64,000 nucleotides of DNA from an uncultured Methanosarcinaceae archaeon (lineage in GTDB: Archaea; Halobacteriota; Methanosarcinia; Methanosarcinales; Methanosarcinaceae). Positions 12,178-23,935 of this stretch are shown here, one piece after another. The notes under the pieces are model-generated. The model had not been told where the DNA came from. It saw only the letters and a program-made list of their open reading frames with translations, and searched no databases. Every line of letters begins with the position of its first letter. Positions within the stretch are counted from its first letter, which is position 1. The stretch lies in the NCBI GenBank assembly GCA_963833425.1, contig CAWHXP010000010.1:1-64000 (forward strand), in the 5' to 3' direction. The position numbers were made by a program, and so were the translations under genes.

Positions 12178-12728
12178 TTCCTAAGTTCTACCTGAAATAA
12201 AAAAAATATCGCTGATCTAATTACTCATGGAGCTTATGTGACTCATAGAACATCTAGAGCTCATGGAACACTTGGAACTAATTAACCCAAACACCCACCA
12301 TAAATAGAAAATAAGAAATAATAATTATATAAATTTGGCATTGTACCAAAAGTTCTGTAAAGTGTGGTTGATTCTATATCTTTTTCTTCCCAATGACAAA
12401 AATAGGGATTCTCAGTTTGTTAGCAAAATGAGTTAAGCAGTTACGGAAAAAAGCTTAAGCGCATCGGGTTGATTATCTCACTAACTACACAAACAATTTA
12501 TTATTATTGTTAATTTCATGTTGATAGATGTATTCTCCATGCATAATTTAAAAGGGTTGGTCACCTAATTTTCCAGGGCAATAATGATATTCCTTAAGGT
12601 AATCTCTATTGCTCTATTTCTTTTTTGAGTCTTTAGCTCAGTGATATTACTCCCATTTCAATATTTGATAATAAGTTTTTTAAAAAATTAAGAATTATAA
12701 CTCTTACAAAAAGGATTAATTTTCAGGA

Positions 12729-13286
12729 GTGAGTAATCTGGAAAAATACCAAAAATTCGTTGAGATGGCTGTCAAGCTGGGCGCCCACGATGCTAAGATT
12801 ATTAAGACAGATAGTATAGTCACAGCGGCGTGGACCAGATGGAAGTGCAGGTATGGATGTCCGGAGTATAACAAAAGCCTTTGCTGTCCGCCTAATTCAC
12901 CTACACATCAAGAGACTCGGGAACTGGTAGATTGCTATGAATACGCGCTTTTAGTACATTTTTCGCCAAATATTGACAAAGCGACGGAAGACCTGCTAAA
13001 TAGGATAAAGGTCATCACAAGGGACAGCACAACGGTCATCAACACGCTTGAGAGAGATATCTTCCTTGCTGGGTACTATAAGGCTTTTGCACTAAGCGGT
13101 GGTCACTGTCAGCTTTGCCCTGAATGCACGCTGAAGGATTGCAGGAATCCAAAGATTGCCAGACCATCGATGGAAAGTTGCGGTATAGACGTTTACAGCA
13201 CGGTGAAGAATAACGGCTATCCTATCGAAGTATTGACGGATGTATCCGATATGATGAACATCTTTTGCCTTGTACTGATCGAATAA
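12729..13286 (+). CDS. DUF2284 predicted metal-binding protein
   Basis: CRYGC, CCPP, GGHCQLCPEC, ARPSMESCGIDV; AGGA immediately before the GTG start. Confidence 0.88.
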   Translation: MSNLEKYQKFVEMAVKLGAHDAKIIKTDSIVTAAWTRWKCRYGCPEYNKSLCCPPNSPTHQETRELVDCYEYALLVHFSPNIDKATEDLLNRIKVITRDSTTVINTLERDIFLAGYYKAFALSGGHCQLCPECTLKDCRNPKIARPSMESCGIDVYSTVKNNGYPIEVLTDVSDMMNIFCLVLIE

Positions 13287-13402
13287 CCGAGATATCCTGT
13301 ATAATTTTTTCATCTTGGCTTTTTTTCATTAAAATAATATATTTCAGCTCTGTAGAATCCCTTTAAATTTGCCACAAATAACATAATTTCTTGTTTTTAG
13401 TG

Positions 13403-13433
13403 ATGCACAGTTTTTGATATAAAACTTATGCAA
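13403..13433. repeat. Family A dyad site
   Basis: atgcacagttttt-gatat-aaaacttatgcaa. Confidence 0.85.
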
Positions 13434-13927
13434 TAATCAAAGATAAAGTTTCTACAGCCTTTGAATTACGAAAATTTATTCTATTCTTTAATAAGTTGAG
13501 AATACATTTCCTTAATTTCCCATTTGAAGATAAAATGTCGCTGAGTGATTAACTCCAAAAATTATGGAACTTAAAAGTTGCCTACTTACAGGCAACTACT
13601 TAACTCTATGGCAGGATACCGACAGTGCAGTAAGGATAGCTTTGTATCTTTCATTCAAATATCTTCTTTTACTGTTTTTTTTCATAAATTGAAAGTTTTG
13701 CATACGAACCCCTATTTGTAATTGTTTATAATCATAATTTATTTTCAGTTCGAATAGATTAATATAGCATGTTGTTTTTCTATTGCTTGTTAGATTACTA
13801 AAATTCTATAGATTTTAGATCAGTATTTTATAGTTTTATAATATTGATTTAAAACTCGTGGTTTTTAGAATCTGACTTTATGAAAAAACGTAAGAAATAA
13901 TTAAATTAAACTAGAAGTGAGAAATTA

Positions 13928-14878
13928 ATGGTAGAACGTCATTCTATTGACATAAAACAAAATTCAAATGGTAGAGATAAAGCAATTAAAGAATTTAATA
14001 AGTTGTTTGAAAATTTCATTGAAAGAAGTGGTAACGTACGGGATTTAGAGAATTTTGAAATCCTTGGAACTGGAAAAATTGCTTTCAATAACACAGTTAC
14101 TGCAAAAAGTGGTACCTATAACGGAAAGCTACAAGGACTATATACTCACAATCAACTTGATAAAAGAGTTAAAATCTTCTCTCAACTGAAGGAACCAGGA
14201 AACGAAGAATTTATAGAAAGTGCCCTTAACTTTGCTTGCAATATTCAATATGGAGATTTAAGGGCCCAGGCACTTTCCATTCTTGTTCCTATTCTGGATG
14301 GGTCAAAAAAAGTCGAATTTATAGAAAAGGTCCTTTATTTTACTTCAAATATTCAAGATGAAAACGAAAGGGCCCTTGTTCTATCTTCACTTGTCTATCA
14401 TCTCAATGGGCATGACAAAGAAGAAATTATTGAACATATTTTGGATTTTTCTTCAAAAATTCAATATGATGATGCAAAGTTTCAGATTCTATCTTCTCTT
14501 ATTCCGCACTTTGCTGGATCAAAAAATGAAGCAATTATGGATAAAGCCCTTGAGCTAGTATCCGGGTTTATATCTGAATATAAAAAAATAGAGTCGTTTT
14601 CTCTTCTTCTTCCATATATGGATAAGCAAAGAAAAGAAGAAATTCTAGAACAAGCCCTTGAATTAGCTTTTAATCTCAAAGGTAAGAGCATGATGGCACA
14701 AGCTATCTCAGCTATTATACCGGGTCTTGATAAATCCAAGAAAAAGGAAATTAGTGAGAAAATATTTTATCTTAAACGTATGGGTAGATGTACGTATCTT
14801 TACGATAGAGCCGCTGTTCTTCGCAAAAGAGCAGAGACGCTTTCTTCTCTGGCACAGTATTCGGATATCTCTTGCTAG
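13928..14878 (+). CDS. Hypothetical alpha-helical repeat protein
   Basis: ~37-aa repeats (IQxExxRAxxLSSLxPxL...EFIEKAL). Confidence 0.7.
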   Translation: MVERHSIDIKQNSNGRDKAIKEFNKLFENFIERSGNVRDLENFEILGTGKIAFNNTVTAKSGTYNGKLQGLYTHNQLDKRVKIFSQLKEPGNEEFIESALNFACNIQYGDLRAQALSILVPILDGSKKVEFIEKVLYFTSNIQDENERALVLSSLVYHLNGHDKEEIIEHILDFSSKIQYDDAKFQILSSLIPHFAGSKNEAIMDKALELVSGFISEYKKIESFSLLLPYMDKQRKEEILEQALELAFNLKGKSMMAQAISAIIPGLDKSKKKEISEKIFYLKRMGRCTYLYDRAAVLRKRAETLSSLAQYSDISC

Positions 14879-15054
14879 ATATCTTGACAAACCAGGAATT
14901 TTGGTGATAAGAGTAATCAGAGTGAAAGACTCAAATTAATTTTTTGCCAGAAAAATTTTATTCTGAAGCGTATAAAAATTCTGTAAAATATAACCGGAGA
15001 TTAATCGATGGTTATAACAAAGCTTTTTTCTTATTTTTTTTCAATGTCCCATTG

Positions 15055-15085
15055 ATGCACAGTTTTTGTGATAGAACATATGTAT
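15055..15085. repeat. Family A dyad site
   Basis: atgcacagttttt-gtgat-agaacatatgtat. Confidence 0.85.
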
Positions 15086-15235
15086 TGCCTTGGATATTAC
15101 CAGCAATTATGATTAGTTCGTCATCTATAAATTTACATGCTTATTTTGAACTTTTTGCAACGAAACCTTTTGTTCAATATCCTAGCTGATAGCCAAGATA
15201 ATTATTTATCCGATATACACACTTGTGTATTTGGT

Positions 15236-15502
15236 ATGCATATGAAACAAGCTAGAATTAAAATGTCTGACCGAACCAATCAAGTTCTGAACATTGTTAA
15301 AGCAAAGTATAACCTTAAAGATAAGAGCGCAGCTATCGAATTAGTAGTAGCTAGATATGAAAGCGAAGTGCTCGAACCTGAATTAAAGCCTGAATATATC
15401 GAAAAAATGGAAAGGATTCATCAGGAAAAACCGGTTTTTATTGGTACTGTTGCCGAGTTGGACAAATTCATAGATGACTTGCCGGATGAAGATGATGACT
15501 GA
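15236..15502 (+). CDS. Antitoxin (DUF2683-like)
   Basis: NQVLNIVKAKYNLKDKSAAI...LKPEYIEK, acidic tail; overlaps the toxin gene. Confidence 0.8.
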   Translation: MHMKQARIKMSDRTNQVLNIVKAKYNLKDKSAAIELVVARYESEVLEPELKPEYIEKMERIHQEKPVFIGTVAELDKFIDDLPDEDDD

Positions 15503-15764
15503 GTACAAAGTAGCTGTTAATGCAAACATATTAAAAATTTTGAAAAAACTAAAGAAGAAAAATCGACAACTATACGAAGCTATTTTGAGAAAAGCAAGCG
15601 AAATAAGTGTTAAGCCACATCGATATAAAAATCTCAAGCACGAAAAAAGCGGATTAAGCAGAGTGCATATAGACCCTTTAGTTTTAACATTTTCGATAGA
15701 TGATGAATCAAAAACCGTGTTGTTAGAAGATTTCGACCATCATGATTTGATCTACAAAAAGTGA
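15492..15764 (+). CDS. RelE/YafQ-family toxin
   Basis: Basic ~90 aa; PHRYKNL, SRVHIDPLVLTF, DFDHHDLIY. Confidence 0.82.
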   Translation: MMTEYKVAVNANILKILKKLKKKNRQLYEAILRKASEISVKPHRYKNLKHEKSGLSRVHIDPLVLTFSIDDESKTVLLEDFDHHDLIYKK

Positions 15765-15788
15765 ACTACTTATTACAAATATTCATCT

Positions 15789-15819
15789 ATGCATATGTTT
15801 TGCTATAAAACCAATCCAC
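15789..15819. repeat. Family A dyad site
   Basis: atgcatatgtttt-gctat-aaaaccaatccac. Confidence 0.7.
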
Positions 15820-15962
15820 AGGTAAAAACGACAAATCATATTTTTATGAGAAAGATAAAAAGTGCCAGGAGCCAAAAAAAACGGTGGAGATCATGATAAA
15901 TTTCGAAAAGACTGTTATCAAGAGGCCTTCCAGGCACTTAAAAACAGGAGTGCTTCTAATTT

Positions 15963-16325
15963 TCAACAGGTCACATGAAACATTGCTATTATCTTTCCCT
16001 CGCTTTCGTTCCACAGTTTTATCGCTTCCGGGGTGCGAAGGAGTTTTGCCTCAAGCCCTTTCTCCTCGAAAAACTCCTTTGCTTCTTTTGAGAGCTCAAC
16101 GTAACCAGTCTGACCAGTTCCTATTATTATTTCATCTGCTCCTTTTTCATAGATGAATTTCGCCTCTGCAAGCGATATTTTATGGGATGTACCGTAGACT
16201 TCTTTAGAAAGCTTTTTCTTACGCTTTTCTATCTGCCCACTAATGCGGATAAGTATATCCTTTTCAAAATTATTTTCATTGACCGTAATCGAACCGAAAC
16301 TGGTTGAGTTTATCTTCGGATTCAT
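15963..16325 (-). CDS. MTH938/NDUFAF3 (DUF498) family protein
   Basis: FGSITVN, YGTSH, IIIGTG, TPEAIKLWN, FHVTC. Confidence 0.88.
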   Translation of the reverse strand: MNPKINSTSFGSITVNENNFEKDILIRISGQIEKRKKKLSKEVYGTSHKISLAEAKFIYEKGADEIIIGTGQTGYVELSKEAKEFFEEKGLEAKLLRTPEAIKLWNESEGKIIAMFHVTC

Positions 16326-16592
16326 GGTTTTCTCTCCAAATATTTATCTTTTTCCATTGCTACTCTACTGTATCTGCTAATTTATACTCTTAATAAAATC
16401 TCACATAACCGAATTATCACGTTTTTATAGATAATATGACTTAGCATTATATAAGAATCAAGTACAATAAGCTTTATAGTTTAAGTGGGGTATTATATCT
16501 TCAAACTTTAATAAGTTTAATTTTTCGTTTCAACTGCAAAAGTCCTATTTGACCGTTGACAAGAATCGAATCTAAATAAGTATAAGCATAAA

Positions 16593-16742
16593 GGCTCCGT
16601 TGCAAAAAATTTGGCTTTCTTGCAAAATCATTAAAAATCATCACAATTCTGAAATTTAATTATTTTAATTCGAGCGAAAATGATACCTAAAGGTGAAAAT
16701 TGTAGCGTCAAATTGCAGAAATAATATTTTTGCAACGGAATC
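16593..16742 (+). mobile_element. IS6-related MITE (150 bp)
   Basis: Ends ggctccgttgcaaaa and ttttgcaacggaatc. Confidence 0.8.
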
Positions 16743-16947
16743 CTGTGATCAACTTGAATTCCTCTTTCTATCATCATTTTCTTTAAATTTCTATAGCTCA
16801 ATGGGTATTTTAAGTACCATCTTACATTCAATAGGATAATTTCTCCTTCATAATGCTTCCATTTAAAGGAATTAAATAGCATATTACTATCTTTGGTTTC
16901 CGTTTTATTCTATTGTATCATTAAAAAGGATTTTTTGCAACGGGACC
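16743..16947 (-). pseudogene. IS6 remnant (one end plus transposase N-terminus)
   Basis: Near-identical to ~38184-38388 (FKWKH..GEIILLNVRWYL.YPLSYRNL); cut by the adjacent MITE. Confidence 0.9.
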
Positions 16948-17272
16948 CTTAATACATTCCCTGATAGTGGATTATATTTAAAGATTCCAGGTACTGTGCA
17001 TTAAGATACGGAATCTTTAGCAGTCGCATCTAGCTGAGTACTGCCCTAAAAAAATCTTCAAAGGATTTGATGCTGTTAACAATATTTCATCTACAAATAA
17101 ACTTTTTTAATTTTTTCTCAAAACAAGTTAATACTAAACATGTCAATAGAAGCCATTACTAACGTGCTGGAAGTTAAATCAGCTATGGCTAGTAAATGGT
17201 CGTTTTGTGTAGCGAAACAATGTGATTCCGATTATTTTAATGTTCATTTTTATAAAAAGATGAGGCAGGGCC

Positions 17273-18328
17273 GTGAAACGGAAAAGACTTGAAAAAGGGA
17301 AATTAAAGGTAGGACATGAGCCTGGAACTCTGATCCATATTGGTGAAAAAAAAGTAAAGATTGTGGAGTATAATAGCGAAAAAATTATAGAAAAGGAATT
17401 AAATAGTGTTGATGAGTGCTTGGCCTTTAAGAATCAACCAGGTACCAACTTATGGATAAATGTGGACGGGCTCGATCAAATAGAGATTATAGCAAAACTT
17501 GGGAATTATTTTGATATTCATCCCCTTATCCTTGAAGACATACTCAATACCGAGCAGAGGCCCAAGATGGAAGATTATGAATCTTATGCCTATATGGTTT
17601 TTAAAGTAATGTTCTTTGACATACTGAAGAAGGAGATCGTAATTGATCAGGTAAGTATCATCTTAGGTTACAATTACATTCTTTCTTTTCAGGAAAGAGA
17701 AATTAGCATTTTCGATCCCTTAAGAAATAGACTAAAAAATTCGTTTTCTCGCCTTCGAAAAAATGGAGTAGATTATCTCGCTTATAGCCTTATAGATTCT
17801 GCAATTGATAACTATTTCTTGATTCTCGAGCAATTGGGGGAGGAAATTGAAGACCTCGAGGAAGAATTGATAATACATCCAGTTCCTGAAACTCTCAAAA
17901 CTATTCATAAATATAAAAGGGACATGATTATCCTTCGTAAATCTGTTTGGCCTCTTAGGGAGCTAATCAGTGGTATGCAGCAAATCGAATCGAAAATTAT
18001 TAAGGCGACTACTCGAATTTACCTTAGGGATATCTATGATCACACCGTCCGGGTGATCGAGACAATCGAAGATTTTAGGGATATCTTGTCCTCAATGGTG
18101 GATATTCACCTCTCAAGCGTCAGCAATAGAATGAATGAAATCATGAAAGTTTTGACAGTCGTAGCCACTATCTTCATCCCTCTAACCTTTATAGTAGGGA
18201 TTTATGGAATGAATTTCGAATACATGCCTGAACTCCATTGGCGCTGGGGCTATCCTGCGGTCATGCTGTTTATGGCATCACTAGGAATCAGTATGCTTAT
18301 TTATTTTAAAAAGAAAAGATGGATTTGA
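17273..18328 (+). CDS. corA: Magnesium/cobalt transporter CorA
   Basis: HPLILEDILN.EQRPK, GIYGMNF signature, MPELHW, two C-terminal TM helices. Confidence 0.95.
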   Translation: MKRKRLEKGKLKVGHEPGTLIHIGEKKVKIVEYNSEKIIEKELNSVDECLAFKNQPGTNLWINVDGLDQIEIIAKLGNYFDIHPLILEDILNTEQRPKMEDYESYAYMVFKVMFFDILKKEIVIDQVSIILGYNYILSFQEREISIFDPLRNRLKNSFSRLRKNGVDYLAYSLIDSAIDNYFLILEQLGEEIEDLEEELIIHPVPETLKTIHKYKRDMIILRKSVWPLRELISGMQQIESKIIKATTRIYLRDIYDHTVRVIETIEDFRDILSSMVDIHLSSVSNRMNEIMKVLTVVATIFIPLTFIVGIYGMNFEYMPELHWRWGYPAVMLFMASLGISMLIYFKKKRWI

Positions 18329-18509
18329 ATCTGCTTTTTCTTTTTAGCATTTTAAGATTTATACTTTCTAGGTATAAAATCGAGTACAATTAGCAAAGTA
18401 GTTTAAATTTGTATCTCTGACATCCATTGAACAAGCTTTAGCTTTTACTGTAATAAGCTCATTCAATACAAGTATTGATAATGGTACTGTTTTTTCAACG
18501 GTATATTTA

Positions 18510-18540
18510 ATGCAGAGATTTTGTAATAAAAGCTATGTAT
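18510..18540. repeat. Family A dyad site
   Basis: atgcagagatttt-gtaat-aaaagctatgtat. Confidence 0.88.
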
Positions 18541-18718
18541 AAATTAAAACTCTAAAAATAGAAGCTTTGTCAATCAAAATATTGGCTCTGGATTCTATTT
18601 TTTGTGATGAAGTAGAGTGATACAGAGCCAATAAGGATTCATAGATTTTTGGATACATTGTCCTAAGAGCAGAGTTGACTTTAAACTTGAATCTATTACA
18701 GGTGTCTATACTCACTGG

Positions 18719-19015
18719 TTAACAGGTCCATACATACTGGTTAGTATAAGGATTCCACACCCAGTCACAGTTAGCGTAGTAACGGCCATTGTTGTAGTGG
18801 TGACGCCAATGACTATTTCCCCCATCGTGGTAGCCATTGCGGCCCACCCCATGATCACCACGGTTACCATGATCACCAAGGCTACCATGATTACCATGGT
18901 CACCACGATCTCCACGCTCTGCACTAGCTGCTACAGCTGTCAACGATACTACAAAAAGGACGACTAGTATAACAGCCAGTCCCTTTTTCATTCTATCAAA
19001 TGATTGTTTCAACAT
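18719..19015 (-). CDS. Small secreted Gly/His-rich leader-family peptide
   Basis: Signal ending AASA; GDHGN repeats; C-terminal CDWVWNPYTNQYVWTC; RBS GGAGTG. Confidence 0.75.
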   Translation of the reverse strand: MLKQSFDRMKKGLAVILVVLFVVSLTAVAASAERGDRGDHGNHGSLGDHGNRGDHGVGRNGYHDGGNSHWRHHYNNGRYYANCDWVWNPYTNQYVWTC

Positions 19016-19272
19016 TTATTTCACTCCATTCATAGTGTTCAAATTAATAACATGTTAAAGTATGAGAATTTCAATAAATCTCTGATTTTAACAAGTCGCT
19101 TATCATGGACATTATAAGCACCCAGTCCAAAATGGAGATTTGTTGAAATATTTTCTAAATAATTTTTTTCCTTGTTTTACGAATACGAATATTTTCTTCA
19201 TTGCTTTTTGTTTAATTTTTAAGCAGTTCTTTTGCTTCAGCTCTCCATTATATATGTTAGATCTTTGCCTGC

Positions 19273-19578
19273 TCAGCTATTCATGGGTATATTACTGCTA
19301 GCTCCGGTTTTCATAGGCATATTTTTGTTAGTTTCTATTTTCATAGGCATTTTTTTACCATTTCTGCCATTCATAGTTGAGTTTTTGTGATGGTGTTTAA
19401 AGAACTTGCCATGGTGGTGATGCTTGAAGATTTTAGTCTTCACATCTTTCATGATTACAATGGCTGTTTTCTTATCCTTAACCACGACGGGTCCTGCGCT
19501 TACTGCTGCAGCTGTCACGGACATTAAAAAACAAACTGCTAGCAAAATACCAAGTGTCTTTTTCATTTGTTTAAGCAT
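19273..19578 (-). CDS. Small secreted His/Lys-rich leader-family peptide
   Basis: Signal ending AVSA; KHHHHGKFFKHHH; paralog of 26031-26330. Confidence 0.75.
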   Translation of the reverse strand: MLKQMKKTLGILLAVCFLMSVTAAAVSAGPVVVKDKKTAIVIMKDVKTKIFKHHHHGKFFKHHHKNSTMNGRNGKKMPMKIETNKNMPMKTGASSNIPMNS

Positions 19579-20315
19579 CTTTTTATCTCCTATTTTAGTT
19601 ATTTTTAAGAAAATTATTCACCAATCTACTTTTCATTGGCAGGTGTAATAAAGAACCAGAGTTCGATATGTATCTCTAAAATTGTTTTAATCATAATGAC
19701 ACTTGCCTATGGGTAGACATACATACCATATTATGATTAGTCTATAAGCTTACTTGCTGAAAGCTTTCTTATTCATAAAAATATTTTCCAGATAAAATAA
19801 TTAATATTATGCTTTAAAAATTAAATTAAAACTTCTAGACCTGTGATAATTCTTCTTAAAAGTAATATAGAGTGAATTTTGCACAATACCAAGAAGAATA
19901 TCGCCTATTTATAATACTAAGGCGGAAATCCCGGCAATATCATTTTCGTAATGGGCATGATATTCGTCATCATCACTACCATGACAACTACTACAATGAT
20001 GTGTACTATCCTGACTAAGAAGGGGCACATAACCCTGTTATTCTCGCGTAGACTGGACCTACGTACCCGTAGTGGAATAACAACCTGTCGTAATACAACA
20101 TATACTAGAACAATTATAACCCATTACAACCCAACCCACTACAGGAAAAATACTGAACGCATCAAACAGATCCCCTGAAATAGCTGATGGATTCTACTTT
20201 ACTCATATAGAAAACTAACAAGTTCAGCTTGAATGACTTTTTCACATGATGCATAGCCAGGTTGAGTATAATTGCAGAATCAATGACTTTGATTGCATTC
20301 TCTCCCATCTCACAT

Positions 20316-20346
20316 CTGAATAGTTTTCGTGTCTAAACCTAAGCAT
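20316..20346. repeat. Family A dyad site (degenerate)
   Basis: ctgaatagttttc-gtgtc-taaacctaagcat; its left flank is homologous to the left flank of site 12147. Confidence 0.65.
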
Positions 20347-20533
20347 CTTATTTTAGACAAGTAATATTAAAAAACTGTATAAAGTATTGAACGAATTATT
20401 GCTTTGCAGGAGTATCTCCCTACCCAATTCATGATGAAATTTGATTTCCATAATGGTTAGTTTATTTAAAGTTCGGACACATACCAAGTAACCCATTATA
20501 TTGCAAATGAACATTTGTTGGATACTAGATAAT

Positions 20534-20947
20534 ATGAGCAAAAAAATAATCAAGATTGGAATAGTAGCACTACTAATGCTAGTTATTTGTGGTTCAGTAG
20601 TCAATGCTTGGCCATGGAGCAATAACAACGACAAACAAAATAATAATATCAAATTTGATCAAAGCAAATTTGAGCAGTTACTTCAGGAAGGACAGTTTTC
20701 AGTTCAAGCAGGAGATAGTATTTCTGCACTCAAATATTACAGAGATGCAGCGAAAATGAATCCAACTGGACAAAACTTGCAACGATTAACTTATAATCTT
20801 GGAATATTATCTGAGCAGGCTGGAGATTATAATAATTCACTGAAATTTTATAATGTATCTATTGTAGCAGATCCAAATTCAAAGACATCAGATTTTCTTG
20901 TTCAGCATAGACGTGAATTAATGAGAAAATTAGGTCAATCAGACTAA
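20534..20947 (+). CDS. Secreted TPR-like protein
   Basis: Signal peptide MSKKIIKIGIVALL...VVNA; TPR-like helices (ALKYYRDAAKMNP, YNLGIL). Confidence 0.7.
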   Translation: MSKKIIKIGIVALLMLVICGSVVNAWPWSNNNDKQNNNIKFDQSKFEQLLQEGQFSVQAGDSISALKYYRDAAKMNPTGQNLQRLTYNLGILSEQAGDYNNSLKFYNVSIVADPNSKTSDFLVQHRRELMRKLGQSD

Positions 20948-21187
20948 GCATGTGATTTTAATTGAAAAATCATTCTGTAAAAGTTTAGATAGTATGTCCA
21001 AAATATAATTTTATTATACATTTTTGATATTCTGACCGCTGAACAAACATATAAAAAATGCGGAAGAATCTGATAGTAATTATCAGAACTTCCATTATAT
21101 TTGTTTTATTTTTAGACGTTCAGGAAGCAGTTTAATGTTTAACCTTCTATCCTTCCGGATTGATGTTTGAATGTTGAGCCCTTGAAT

Positions 21188-21219
21188 ATACATAGTTTAT
21201 TGCTATAAAATCTATGCAT
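21188..21219. repeat. Family A dyad site (contains the SGNH gene stop codon)
   Basis: atacatagtttat-tgctat-aaaatctatgcat. Confidence 0.85.
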
Positions 21220-22651
21220 TAATTGAAGGTTCAATTTTAAAATTATTGTTATTGCTTTCCGGTATATTGCCTTTTGTTAGATTGTCTTGTACGTCAAGTG
21301 CATAAGTCCTATATACAGGTAAATTTTCACCAACTTTTAGTTGTGTCAGCAACATAGTATTAGCAATTTCTAGGCCCAGAATTGAATATCCTGCAGCGTT
21401 GAAGTGAGTATTATCAATATTGTATTCTGGTTTTATGCTCCATTTATCTGTCACCTGGTTATAAATACCAAGTTTGTCTCGAGCATCTACAATAGTTGCA
21501 TTATATTTAATTGACAAAATTATAAGTTGCTCATTGATATAATTTACCTTAGCTGTTTTAGTGACATTTCCATATGTCCATGGAAGAATAAGAATTACAA
21601 CCGGCTGTATACTGTTATTTATGCACTCAGAGAGCATGAACTTCCAGTTTTCGAGAATTGTTTCATTTGACGCCAATCCCAGTTCCACATCATTGACTCC
21701 ACCTTCAAGTACTGCATATTTAGGATGTTGGTTTATTACATCTTTCTGGAAACGTGCTCTGATTTGTGAAGTTGTCTGGCCCCCGACACCCATATTCTGA
21801 TATGAAAGTCCTGTAAATTTGCCAAAGTAATATTCGCATGAAGAATTGAGATTTGTTGTGTTGTTTGCTTCAAGGAATGAATAGTGTCCAGGGTGCCCTG
21901 CGCAAATAGAATCTCCGATGAATACTGATTCCGGAGCTTGCATTTTTACTAAAATTGGGTGAACCATGACTAATGTATTGCTTGCAGTCCAATTATAAGC
22001 AGTTCCATTATTGCCATTTGAAACCGGATCTGTCCCATAATTATACCTACAATTTCCTATTGTTGCACCATATATTGCATACGTGAATGCACCAGTTCCA
22101 TCGATCGACTCGCCGACAAAATCGCCTTCTTGTGCATATGCGTTTGTTAAATTTATTGAATTGTTTCCATTTATTAACTGTGATGATAAATCTGGACTCT
22201 GATACACAAGATTATAAAATGTACCGTTTTGTCGCCATATATTTATTTTATATGAAGCAATTGCAGATTTATCAACTATGTTAAATTCAACTGATGTAAT
22301 TTGTCCAGTTTGTCTAATCGCCGCATTATGATCTAGGTAAACAATTTGTGTATCCTTTTTTTCAGTATTTCCTAGGTTTGCGGTTCCTGTAACTAATGTT
22401 TTTCCATACATGTTTGTTTGGACGGATACATTGTTCACTATGTAAGAAAAATTTGGTACTGATATATTTATTTGCCCTGTGGGTGTCGGCGATAAAGAGT
22501 TATTCGTCACAATCGCTATATTTGTATTTTCCCCTGGCAGAACATTTAATGATGCTAAGACGCATCCAGCCAAAAAAAAGCAAAGGTAACTTGCAACTAC
22601 GAAACTTCGAATTCTAATGTTATTCCACTCCTTAAATTGTAGCACCCACAA
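21212..22651 (-). CDS. Secreted SGNH/GDSL hydrolase
   Basis: Blocks FIGDSI, NMGVGG, GGVND, DNTH; hydrophobic N-terminus; start uncertain. Confidence 0.85.
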   Translation of the reverse strand: MWVLQFKEWNNIRIRSFVVASYLCFFLAGCVLASLNVLPGENTNIAIVTNNSLSPTPTGQINISVPNFSYIVNNVSVQTNMYGKTLVTGTANLGNTEKKDTQIVYLDHNAAIRQTGQITSVEFNIVDKSAIASYKINIWRQNGTFYNLVYQSPDLSSQLINGNNSINLTNAYAQEGDFVGESIDGTGAFTYAIYGATIGNCRYNYGTDPVSNGNNGTAYNWTASNTLVMVHPILVKMQAPESVFIGDSICAGHPGHYSFLEANNTTNLNSSCEYYFGKFTGLSYQNMGVGGQTTSQIRARFQKDVINQHPKYAVLEGGVNDVELGLASNETILENWKFMLSECINNSIQPVVILILPWTYGNVTKTAKVNYINEQLIILSIKYNATIVDARDKLGIYNQVTDKWSIKPEYNIDNTHFNAAGYSILGLEIANTMLLTQLKVGENLPVYRTYALDVQDNLTKGNIPESNNNNFKIEPSINA

Positions 22652-23013
22652 CTTTTGATATCAGATCAAATTTGTATTGGTTTTAACCACAATTTGTTAT
22701 CTTTCAATTTTTCCATTCATTTTTGCTTCAAAGATTATTAATGTTCTAATTCGTTTGCCACCGATAGATGAACTACGTGAATATGGTCATCAAATTTGGA
22801 AATCTAGTTAAAGTTCTTAAAAACAATTACAATTTAATTTTAAATAATATAATATATCGAGAAATATGTGTACTAATCTTTCTTCGGTAACCTATTCACA
22901 AAACGGCAGTCTACTTAATATTTTGTAAAATTAAAAAAGTCATAGGTCTGATATTGTCAATACTTTAAAACATTCAAAAATTGGTGGTCCCTATGCTAAG
23001 GTGCAACTTTTCA

Positions 23014-23044
23014 ATGCACAGTTTTTTTATGAAAACTTCTGAAT
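23014..23044. repeat. Family A dyad site
   Basis: atgcacagttttt-ttatg-aaaacttctgaat. Confidence 0.82.
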
Positions 23045-23221
23045 CAGTAAATATGGTAATTTTATACTAGGCAGTTGATACAGAACTAAATTTTCATGAT
23101 AAAAGAAGGGATCATGCTTTAAGCAATAGGCTGACACTACTTTACAAAAATGCAAAGTTACATATTTATTATGAATTTTTGCAACATAACCGTTGGGAAA
23201 GAATACAATATTAAAGACTAA

Positions 23222-23773
23222 ATGGGTGATATAATGGATAACTCATGGATTCCCTTGATAGCTTCAATTTCAGGTGGTATGTTGGCAGTTACTGGTGGAT
23301 TAATGTCCCAGTTAGTAATAAATAATAAGCAAAATTCAGTTGAGAATAAAGTAAGAACTGCAAACAAATTGGAAGAAGCTGGGAGTTTAGCAAACCAAAT
23401 ACTGAAAAGTGGATACAGTTATCGTGCCGGAATAGCACAAATGATGTTAGATACTATGGACAAAGAATCTAAAGAATTCGGTGCTCAAAAAATTATAGAA
23501 TCAAATATCGGAGTAGATATCGACTATTTTCTCTTATTAATAAAATTGTATGAACCTTCATTGTTGAAAGAAGCACATCGTCTAGCAGCAGCTGAAAAAG
23601 ATATTGGGAAGTATACCTTAGGTTTATTAATCACAGCAATAGCCACAGGTTCTTTTGACCCACTTAAAGAATATGGGGGTGAAACTTCACAGATGTACCA
23701 TAACTTAGAATCTTGTTTCAATATTTTCATGGGTAGTTTGCAACAGAAGTTTAGTACATATCGTTTGCCATAA
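23222..23773 (+). CDS. Hypothetical protein with N-terminal membrane anchor
   Basis: 183-aa ORF; IPLIASISGGMLAVTGG hydrophobic stretch. Confidence 0.65.
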   Translation: MGDIMDNSWIPLIASISGGMLAVTGGLMSQLVINNKQNSVENKVRTANKLEEAGSLANQILKSGYSYRAGIAQMMLDTMDKESKEFGAQKIIESNIGVDIDYFLLLIKLYEPSLLKEAHRLAAAEKDIGKYTLGLLITAIATGSFDPLKEYGGETSQMYHNLESCFNIFMGSLQQKFSTYRLP

Positions 23774-23904
23774 TCAATCAATAACTTGGTCCAGTGTTAT
23801 AGTGTCATAAGGTAGAGTAAAAATTTGGTCTAAAGAAGCTTATCATTCTTATAAAGCAAAGAAAAGCTAAAGAGCCAAATTCGTCCATTTATCGGTTCTA
23901 TACG

Positions 23905-23935
23905 ATACATAGTTTTTGTGCGAAAAACTGTGCAT
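23905..23935. repeat. Family A dyad site
   Basis: atacatagttttt-gtgcg-aaaaactgtgcat. Confidence 0.9.
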